A DNA stretch of 64,000 nucleotides, taken from contig NC_058369.1 in assembly GCF_018350175.1 (NCBI RefSeq), positions 20,772,001-20,836,000 on the forward strand, written 5' to 3'. The position numbers and the translations under genes were made by a program. Source of the stretch: Felis catus (taxonomy: Eukaryota). Of this stretch, positions 54,131 through 64,000 are shown piece after piece (the first letter of the stretch is position 1; the number at the start of each line of letters is the position of its first letter). The notes below the pieces were generated by a model, which made no database searches, had not been told where the DNA came from, and worked only from the letters and a program-made list of their open reading frames with translations.

Positions 54131-55335
54131 AAAAGGTAATGAGGTCTGTGAAGGGTGGGACTTGTTCTCAGCAGGAGAGAAGGGGAAGGGATTAGGGTAA
54201 TTGGGGAAAGCTTCCCTGTGGGGGCAGGAAAACCTGAACTTCAGAGCACAAAGAGGGCATAGGTAGACAGGAGAGAGGGTGGGCACAATTCCAGTGCAGG
54301 GAACAGACTAGGCAAAGGTCTGGTGACAGGATTGAGGGTGGAGTATCTGGAGACCAGGGACAAAGTGGATGGCCTCAGAAGTAGGGCCAGATTATAAGGA
54401 CACAAGTGTTGACAAGAATCATGGGGAACAGTTTCAACGGGTCAGGGGACTAGCCACATGTCTGTCCCCTCCTTGGGCTGAGGTGAGCCAAAAGAGACCC
54501 CTCACAGATGAGGCTACGCTATCAGGACTGGGAGTGACCCCTGCAGGAGGACCTTCCCTCTGAAGTCTCATTGCAGTTCTGGGCCTTAGTCTTACCCTAT
54601 GTGGAAATGGCACACCCCTACAAGCCAAACTTCTCTAAATACAGGCCATACCCCAAAGCAGGAGGGGTTTAAGGGGCCACAAGCCTTCGTCCTCACTCAG
54701 GCCTACTCCTCCATCCAACAGCATTGGCCACTCTGGTAAGAAGCCCACACCCGTGGGGACACTGGGTGTCCCTCTAGGTGAGTGTCCACCTTGAGCCTGT
54801 CCTTCCACATTGCAAACAGTGAATGCATGACTAGAGCTGCTATGGCAATTCCTGGGGACAGTGATGTCAGTGGATCTGGGACCAGTTTCCAGGAGGTGTG
54901 AAGATACAGAGTCACTACGCCACACCATCCACTCAAGTCAGATGTGGACGCCTCTGTGTGCTGAGTCCTCCCGTGAGCATGACCAATGCCCTCACTCTCA
55001 CAGCCCCAAGCAACCCCTTGGAAGATGCTGGCCCTCCCCTTCACATTGTCCAGGGAAAAGAGAAGGACCCAGGGCAGCCCAGCTATGATAGAACAAACCC
55101 CAAAAAACTGAGGCCACCTGGCCTTGGCTTTGCACAGGTGGGCTGGGGGTGGGGTGCAAATGCCATCAAAGGTCTGAACTCAAACGTGAGAACCTTCCTG
55201 GTAGATAATGCTGACAGGGCTTCAGAGCAGCAGTATTCAGCCCTGGCTGCCATTTAGAACCTTTGCAGGTGGGGCCACGTACCAGTGTCTTACAAGATCC
55301 CCAGGTGAGGCCATTGGGCCCAAGCTGCTCTAAAC

Positions 55336-55540
55336 CAGAGTGACCAAGAGAACTTCCCGTGATGATGGAAATGTTCTCTACATCTACACTAATACAGTAG
55401 CCACTGGTTACATGTGACTATTGAACATTTGAAATGTGGCCACTGTGCCTAAAGAACTGAATTGTAAATTATATTTAATTTTCATTAACTTCAATGTAAC
55501 AGCCATATGTGCCCAGTGGCCACTGTATTGGACAGCACAG
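55336..55540. mobile_element. MER3-like hAT-Charlie MITE
   Basis: AGAACTT....TGATGATGGAAATGTTCT..AATACAGTAGCCACT..CACTGTATTGGACAGCACAG. Confidence 0.8.
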
Positions 55541-56452
55541 CCCCAGACTATGAATTGACTCTGTGGTCTTAGGCAAGTCACTGAGCGTTTTGGACTTCAG
55601 TCTTCTGGTGAGGCCACGGGGAACATAGACCCAGTCCACAGTAGCCAAGGTAACTCTTTGTCCTGGTGCCCCACTGCCCAGCTGGAGGAGTGGGGGTGGT
55701 TGGAGTTACCAGCACAACTCCAGAGATGTGGGGCAGGACGGGAAGATGCAGGCCACAGCCCCTTGGGCCCCATAGCAGGACTCTGCTGGCTGCCCCCAGA
55801 GCATTTGGAGTGAGAAGCTGGGGTCAGGGGCCCAGAGTCAGAAGGCAATTGGATTTCCCCCCTCCAGGGAATCCTGAATTGCAGTGCAGTGAACTGGCCT
55901 CGAATAAGGTCAGCAATAAAATAACTGATAACTTTAATATATCAGAGTCACTGTACCCCAAATGCCACATGAAGTCTTAGTGCCAACCCCAGGAGTGATA
56001 CAGTATTTTGTCCATTTTACTGATGGAGAAACTGAGGTGCAGAATTAGTAAGTGGGGAGCCAGGATCAGAACCCAAGTCTGTGTGCCTGCACAGCCAGAA
56101 CCTTTAATTCTAACACATATTGGAAAAACTAAGAACCCTTACATAGTTCAGGCCCCAGTGTAACTTAAAAGGGTCTTAAGACTTTAACCCCCAACAAGCA
56201 GAGATGGGGGCCAAAAGAGTCCCGAAGTGACTGGCCCCACGCTAGAAAGTCCTTTGTTGTCTCATATTTTATCTTAGTCAAGTCAGTTTGGCATCTACTT
56301 CTCTTCTAATATCTTTTTAATATCAAATTAATGTTTTGATGATGGACCAGTTCACTCCAAGTCATGCTGATAGTCAGGAATATGCTCCAGTGTATCCTGT
56401 AGTTTCATGTCCCCCCTCCATCACCCATCATTGTGAGAAGCAGGACTGTAGA

Positions 56453-56729
56453 GGGGCACCTGGGGGGGTTCCATCGGTTAAGCATCTGACTTCAGCTCAG
56501 GTCATGATGTCATGGGTCATGAGTTCGAGCCCCACATTGGGCTCTGTGCTGCCAGCTCAGAGCCTGGAGCCTGCTTCAGATTCCGTGTCTCCCTGTCTCT
56601 CTGCCCTCCCCCACTCACTCTCTGTCTCTGTCTCTGTCTCTCAAAAAAAAGAAATAAACATTTAAAAAATTAAATAATATTAAATTAAATTAAATTAAAT
56701 TAAATTAAATTAAATTAAATTAAAAAAAA
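56453..56729 (+). mobile_element. CAN-SINE with a (TTAAA)n tail
   Basis: 17-bp TSD AGAAGCAGGACTGTAGA at 56436-56452 and 56730-56746. Confidence 0.92.
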
Positions 56730-59047
56730 AGAAGCAGGACTGTAGAAGAGTCTCCCAGCTGGTCATCAAAGGGTGTGAGCTTGTTCAGAGGGCCTAGGGC
56801 ACAGGGTTTCCAGAATCCAGGGTATAGTTGGTTTCAATGCCGATTTCCAGGCCAGCTGTAGAGTCTGACTCCATGGGTCTGGGTGATTCTTATGTGATGG
56901 TCCTGGTAACTCACCAAGAAGCCCTGGGCACAGTGGGGACCAGGACAGCCCTGCCCTGCCTTCAATGGGAGCTCTCACCTACCTATGATGCTCTGGCCAG
57001 GGACCAAAGACTAGACAAGTCTCAACTCTGACCCCAACTTGCTCTGTGGTCCCAACTTGCTCTGAGGGGAACTCAGGCCTCAGTTTCCCTATTGTCCAAT
57101 AAGGACATCCATAGGGAACCTCTAAGGCCCTTCTGGTCTCAATGGGTGGATGTAGTTGGGCAGACTCCCTGAGGGAAGTGGCTGGAGGCAAGCCTAGCCA
57201 GACCTCCTTTGTCTCTCCTTCCTCATCTTGTCACACTGGCCTCCTGCACTCCAAGCTCAGACCCTCCCAGGGACCTTTGCACTGACTGTTTCCTCTGCTT
57301 GGCCTGCCCTTCTCTGAGATCATGGCTTGTCTCATGCATGGACCTTCAGGTCTCAGCCTGAACATTAACCCCTCAGAGACACCTCTTTCCGGGCCCACCC
57401 CAGGGACCCTCTCCTGCCTTCATCCTCCAGGGTGCTTATGAGCAATTGCTTTCTTGTGCATCTTCCTGGGGAACATGAGCTCCAGTAGAGCAGGAACCAT
57501 ACCCTGCTGGGTCACCCTGCCCAGTGCAGTGCTGGGCACTCATCATTGGCCTGACACAGGGAAAGGTCACCAGAACTTTGACAGTTCAGTCACCCGACTC
57601 ACTGGACCCAAGCGACACTGGGAAACCCTTTCAAGGGCCCCAGTGATGCCCGGACTCAGAGAGAAGGGCTTTCTATTAGGTTGGTACCAGGAAATTCAAT
57701 TCCACAAGCATCTGTGAAGTACCAGCTGTGTGCCTAGCCCTATTCTGGGATCACTACATTATGGAGGGTCAGGTACACAGGAGCCCTTGTGCCTGGCTCA
57801 TCAGGGGAATCAGATAGAAGGAGCCATCAAGCAAGCTGAGCCCAGTGAGTGTCCTCTGAGGGGTTCCATCCAGCTCAGCACTGGGGTGTCCCTCTGTGGA
57901 TAAGATGGGAGGCTTCCAGGAGGAGGCATGTGGGAAGGGGGGTTCAAGGACAAGCAGGTCTTCCACAGAGAAATGGCATCCCAGGCCCCAGAAGGGCAAG
58001 TTATGGGATGGAAGAGATACACAGCTCCTCTGGGCTAAGGTGAGCAGTGACAAGCTTGCCTGGTGTGGACTCACCTCCACTGCCTAGTTTCCACCCATCT
58101 GTTCCCCTGCTCCTTGGGGATTGGCCCCGCCCATCCCAGCTGCCAGGAGCCAAGAGGTTCACCCAGGTGACAAAGGCCTCCTGTGGTGAGTCATCCTTGG
58201 GTCCCAGGTAGGTTCACCCCCCAACAGATTACTCATATGTGTGGGGCCTGAGCATCCACCTGTGCAAGGGAGACACTGAATTCCAGAGGGGATGGGACTT
58301 GTCTTATGGTCCTCGAGGAGGCGAGAAGGGGTTTGACGTAGATGTGGAAATGATTACACTTGTCAGTATTCCCTGGGGCTTGCCGTGTGCTCCCTCAGTC
58401 AAAACCCATCCATGGCTCCCCTCTGGTTGTCAGAATAAGGCAAGGTTCTCCACAGCCCATCTGCTCTGTCCCTGCTCCAGCCTTGCCTTGCACCCTATCC
58501 CACCTCATGGGCCAGACCTTCCCACCCTTGTGACTGGTCTACTCTATTCCCTCTGCCTGGGACACCCCAGTGTTCAGCCCTCAGGGCAAATCCTACCCTC
58601 TACCCTTGGCTCAAATGCCCCCACCCTCCACAGGTAGAAGGAAAGGCTGCTTCTCCTCCGGGCCCCATGGGGCTCAAGCTGCTCAGATTCCTTCAGGCCA
58701 GATCCTCCGCTTCTGTGGCTACCGGGCCTGGGTCTTCTTCTGAGGATCTCTGTGCTTCTGGAGGGAGGGTCCGGTCAATTCATTCTGGTCCCCTCTCTAG
58801 CACACGTGGAACGGACACAGGTGTGTGCCTAGCTGTGTGTGCACGTGTCTGCGTCATGACTGAGGATGTGTCCGTGTGTCTAGGAGTATGAGCGTATCTG
58901 TGTGTACACGCATATGTGTGTGTGTCTGAGTACGACTGACCACATGTGCCTGGCCGTGTCACTGAGCACTTCTACATGGCTGTATGTGTCTGCTGCATGT
59001 GTATGTGTGCCTGTGTGAGACTCTTTATGCATATCTTAGTTTGCTGC

Positions 59048-59420
59048 ATATCTTAGTTTAGGTTCTTCCAGAAGCTCGCCCCGAGAAAGGATTCAGGGGT
59101 AATTTATTTGGGAGGTGATTCTGGGAAACAGCAGTCAGTAGGGCAAGGGGAAGTGACACAGAGAAACGAAAGCAGCCAGTGAAAAGTATGTTATTAAGCA
59201 GATGGCCACTGTGGGTGACCGGGGCCCCATTACATGGGAGAGCTCTGGGACACAATGCAGAACGTGCCTTGGGGCCCTCCCACCTGAAGATAAGGGAGAC
59301 AAGGGGTTTATCCTCACATTCCCGATAGCCATGGTGCAGGCCTGGCACTTCCGGGCCATCTGGGGGAAGAACGCCCTCTGCACAGGGCCTGGAGTACCAG
59401 CAAGGAAGTCGGCCTTGTGT
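59048..59420. mobile_element. ERVL-class LTR-like fragment
   Basis: TTAGGTTC..CCAGAAGC...GAGA.AGGATT......AATTTATTTGGGAGGTGAT, typical of old ERVL LTRs; subfamily uncertain. Confidence 0.55.
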
Positions 59421-60817
59421 GCATGAAAGTTGTAAGAGGGAGGGGACCAGGAAGGGCGCCAACACAAGCTGCTACACCCTGCATGTGCTGGTGTCCTGCT
59501 ATGCCACATGGACACAGGGACTCCGGTGACCTCTCTTACGCAAACTTCTGCTTGTCCAGGGAAGGTCAGCACAATATCAGGCAAGTAATGGCCTTGCCCT
59601 CCTTTCCTCTCTCAACCAGGCCGACACAGGATTTGCCAGATCATGCCAGGCCTGTGTCAGATTTGGCCAAACAGATCTGCACCTGCTTTGGGCAGTGTCA
59701 GTTTGGCCCTTGGGCCAGGGTAAAGGCAAGGGATCAAGCGGGTTGGGGGCAGGGAACCAGGGAAGGCCCTACTGCAGAGAGGACTAGAACCCAGACACCG
59801 TCTGTCTGAAACTTGCTGCCCACAGGAGCCTGGACAGTAGCAGGAAAGGCCACAAAGGCCACGCAGGGGAACTTAGCCTCCATCCTATAGGCAGCAGGGG
59901 AGTATTAGAGGCTTGGTGTGCCAGCGAGGGGTGCAGCCTTCCCCTTCATAAGGACCACTCTGTGAGACTGGAAACCTCAGCACTCAGAGGAGGTGCTTAA
60001 CTGGACAGACTGGGCAAAGCCCTAAGTGTGACAGGTGACCAGCCCAGGGTGAAGGGGATGTACATGGGGGTGACATCGGCCAGGGGGCTATTCCTCTTTG
60101 GGGAGAGGTGGTAGCCACCTCTCAGCAAAGTGTAGGAATTCAGGAGTTCTGGGACAGAGTTGGGGGTCAGGGACCCATGGGAAAGGAGAAATGCCAGGTC
60201 TCACTGGCTTGGTCTTATGGCCACTGGCAAGGAGCTGGGGTAAGACAGGAGTCTGAGTGTCCGGGGGTATTGTGCTTGGCAAAGAGAGAGCATGGAGGTC
60301 CCAGCAGGACAGCCCCCAAGAAGCCCCTTCAGAAAAGGGAGAGGTCTGAGAACAGAGTGGCCTGGGTTGTTTGGAGGAAAGGGGTCCAGCTGCAGGGAGA
60401 TATGACTTCATGGAGATGGCAGGAAGGGTGGCAGGATGCTGGGTTGTGGGGCAACCAGAGTTCCCACATGGACTGAGGCCATGCTGGGGTCCAGGGCGTG
60501 GTGAGGGAAGAGTAGGTAGGTAGGATTGGAGCTTGGGGAAGCCAGGACACTGGGAAAGTCTAGGAGCCAGCAAACAAGATTGGAGGCCACTAGCAGGGAG
60601 GGCATGGGTCTCCCCTGAGGCTGGGGATTGGTGTGCTTTCGTGGGTCAGGGGATGGAGGTAAGGGAGGAGGTGATAGTTCCGGGGTCCATGAGGGAAAGG
60701 CTGGAGTTATGCAGATTGGGTTCCAATCACAGGTACAACACTGACTTACTGTGTAGCTGTGGGCAGGAGCTCAACCTCTCTGAGCCTCATCTCCTCATGC
60801 AATGGAGATCATAATAG

Positions 60818-61245
60818 AAGCTAGGGGTACTGGGGCCACCGTAACAAAGTGCCACAAACTAAGTGGCTTCAAACAACAAAAAATGATTCTCTCCTAGTTC
60901 TGGAGGCCCAAATTTAAAAGCTGGGGTGTCGACAGGGTCATCCTCCTTCTGAAGACTCTAGAAGAGGACACTTCCTGGCCTCTTCCAGCTCCTGGTAGCC
61001 CCTGAGTTCCTGGCTTGGGGCCACATGACCCCACTCTCTGCCTTCTTCAAGTGGCTGTCTTCCCTACGTATCCAAATTTCCTTCTTCTTGTAAGGACACC
61101 AATCATGGGATTGGGGTCCATTCTCATCCGGTATCATCTCATTTCAACGTGATTACATTTGCAAAGACCTTATTTCTGAATAAAGTCACATCGACAAGTA
61201 CTGAGGGTTTAGGACTTCAACACACCCTTTTGAGAGACACAACCC
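60818..61245. mobile_element. MaLR LTR (MLT1-like)
   Basis: GTAACAAAGTGCCACAAACT.AGTGGCTT.AAACAAC..TTCTGGAGGC and GATTACATTTGCAAAGACC.TATTTC..AATAAAGTCACAT. Confidence 0.85.
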
Positions 61246-64000
61246 TAGGGAACAGAGTTGCTGTAAGGATTAAAATACAGGCCTGGCACCAGTAAGCTCT
61301 CAATAAATGGTAGTTTTAAAAAGCAGGGCACACTGGGGGGGAGATTGTGGGAGCTCAGACCGGCAGGCTTTTCCTGAAGGTACCTACATACTCATACACT
61401 CACACTTGTGTGTGCCTCAGCAGTATGAGTACACAGGAAGGCCAGGACAGGTGGCCCAGGGACCCCAGCCCTCAGTCTACCCACCAGGCAGAGCCATTCA
61501 GAACAAGGCTCAGGGCCTAATGTCAGCTCGCTGGGCAGGAGGCCCAAAGTCAAAGCCTTGCTTGCCAGAAAATTCCTTGGGAATCCTGAACAAGGCCACC
61601 ACTGATATCATGTGCAAATTCACGCAGTCCCTGTGGGGGGCTACTCAAGGCTACCCAAACACAGCCTTGACATGAGCGGGGAGGGCTTACAGGGGTACTG
61701 CCAGCACAAGACACAGAATCAGACAGGCCACCCTGGTGAAAGTCCTGGGCAACACCCCCCCTCCCCCACCTTACAGAAGAGGAGAGTGTACCACTGCCCC
61801 ACAACCTCCCTATACCTCCTCTGCATCTGGCAGTCAGACGGGCTTGGCTAACCCTCCTTCCCCCAGCTGCCCACTGGGATTACCCCTAGGCCAAGCCAGA
61901 GCCAATGGAGGCTGCAGTGGGGAGACAGATCTGGCCCCGTTCCTCAGAAACTTCTGGTTTCTGCCACAGGACACCCTCTGAGCTCATCAGGATCATAAGT
62001 TCATCAGCACTTCCATGACCTCTGGGGAGATGCACCAGGAACACAGAGTGCTCCAAGGATAGGACGCAATTCAGCACTGTTAAGGTTCACAGAGCCAGTG
62101 ACAGAACCTGGCATCCACAGGGCCACTCCCCACGGCCCCAGCCTGGACACCTCTGCCCTCCTCCCCAGCCCTTCCCAGGGCACCAGACCTGGCATCAGAC
62201 CAGAGGGCCCCATCCAGAGTTCACCTGTGAGGGTGTTCCTAGGTGCTCAGGCCTGTCTGGCCTGGGAGGCCCAAGCTTTAGCCCTGCTGGCGTCCTGGGC
62301 TCCATTCACTTAACAGTCCCCCCAACCTTTGCTGAGCACTGTGCTTGGTGCTAGGAACAGAGTCATGAGACAGCACAGCCCTGGCCTCATGGAGTCAACA
62401 TGCAGGGCTGTGGAAAGAGCAGTGGTATTGGAGGGCATCTTGGAAGAGCAGGGGTACAAGGCTGGGTTGGGGGTGAGAATGATGGGATGAGGGATGATTG
62501 CCCCACCAAGATCTGGGGGAGGAGCATTATACAGGGCAAAAGGGACAGCAACAGCAAAGGCCCCAGGTGGGGATTTGTTGGGTAGGGTTAAGGGACAGAG
62601 AAACAAGTAGAGGGACAGTGTCACTGAGGTGGGGGGGCCTTACAGACTCCATGAGGACATGGCTTCTGCTGAGTGAGAGGGAGACACAGAAGAGCTTTGA
62701 GCAGAGGAGGACCTCTGTGTTTTAGCCTTAGAAAGATCCCTCTAGCTGTTCTAAGATCAGTGGTTTTCCAAGTGATGTCCTGGCAGCAGCTCCTGACAAC
62801 TTGCAGAAATTCAGATTCCCCAGCACCCTGCTGAATCTGGAATCCTGGTGCCCCTCAAGCAGCATTGCTCAAGGTCTCCCGCCCGGCCAGAGGCTTGGAG
62901 AAGAAAGCAGGGTGGAAATGAGACTCACACTCTCTCTCCACCCACTCCCAGAACACTGTTGCAGCACACAGCCTGATACAGGCTCTGCCAAAACCCACAA
63001 GCAAGAAACTGGTTTACCTTTGTTCAGCCCATCTGAATTATATAATAGGCTTTCCTAACTTACTTGACCACAGAACTTTTTTTTTTCCAGAGAACACTGT
63101 GAAACGTCCTGCACCAGTGCTACTTAGGGTGCACTTTGGTTTATTTTCTCTGGGCTCCTGCACTGCACCTGGCACACATTGGCCACTCAACAACCACTCT
63201 TTGGAAAGTACACAAATCTCCCTATGGTGACGCTGACTAGATTTTGGGGATTTATAAATCTACTGACCTCTCCTGAACTCAGGGGGACATACTGGTTATG
63301 CTGGAACCCCAGGGGTCTGGGAAGATCAGGAACAAGAAGGGGAAGAAGGAGGGGCTGCCTCTGGCCTTTCCAGAACAATGACTGTCTCTTGTACTGAGCC
63401 ACCCTGCCTGAGCTTGCAGTTATGTGGCAGCTTTTCTAGAAGGTTCTTTCTGCCAGTGTGTTGCTTGTTAAGAAGGCTTGGGTGAGTCCCCCAGAGATCA
63501 GGCTTTGTGGCGCCCTGTCTCACAGGCTCCTCCTGTGACCCTGACAGACAGCCAGGTATCAGGCCTTCAGTGAGAGCATAGCTGGGCTCTCCTTTGTTCC
63601 CAAGGAAACCTCACTGGGGCCCGTTCATTATTGAGAGACATTTGCCTTAAGGTTTGAGTAGAATCTCAGGAGCCAGGTGGCTTAAGGAGGCCCAGGAAGT
63701 GCTTGAGGGGTCACAGGATCACAGCTGTCCCTATCATGAGTGCCAGAAAGGACTTGGAACCACCAAGTCCATGCCTCCATTAAACAGGTGAAAAAATCGA
63801 GGTCCTGAATGAAGAGACTGTTATTATCACACAGCTTGACTGTAGTGCCCCAGAGTCCACACAGGCCTGTTGGGTACTTTTCAGAGTTGTACAGGACCAT
63901 CAGGGCATCCGTGAGTATTATGGACACAGAAGAGGCAAGCCGAGGGAAGGATAGGGCTCTTGATAGCCTTGACCTCATCAGGGATGTGGGTTGGGGAAGG

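Larger units (their letters stand above)
51518..62110 (-). pseudogene. Putative decayed multi-FN3-repeat gene (exon relics at ~52386-52670, ~54770-55049, ~56388-56923, ~57810-57929, ~61880-62110; possible exon 51518-51628)
   Basis: Hand translation gives FN3-like strands with frameshifts; some segments keep polypyrimidine-AG acceptors in phase 1. No homology search was run. Confidence 0.3.

Noticed and set aside
60088..60605. 161-aa minus-strand ORF and overlapping ORFs
   Set aside because: Purine-skewed sequence resembling decayed L2; Pro/Ser-rich with no domain or convincing splice sites.

Overview
Mammalian genomic DNA from a felid (probably domestic cat), shown by the Felidae-type CAN-SINEs (SINEC_Fc) and an L1_Fc 3' end. 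The only gene I can support firmly is POC1A (centriolar WD40 protein) on the minus strand. Coding exons 1-9 lie between 47738 and 18575 (981 nt, 327 aa, all GT-AG, reading frame continuous). The exons for the C-terminal coiled coil are not in the window and should lie to the left of it. The promoter is a CpG island at about 47300-48260 with CCAAT, GC-box, RFX-half-site, ETS, YY1 and paired ZNF143-type motifs. The rest is intron or intergenic sequence: about 35 CAN-SINEs, old and young L1 pieces, MaLR/ERVL LTRs, a decayed ERVL pol fragment, MER DNA transposons and microsatellites. The most intriguing signal, still hypothetical, is upstream of POC1A (about 51.5-62.1 kb, minus strand). Several exon-like segments there read, with frameshifts, as fibronectin type III repeats and may be the remains of an unannotated unitary pseudogene. 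Almost all ORFs in the supplied track are spurious. Repeat boundaries are approximate and family names come from recognition by eye, not from a RepeatMasker run.
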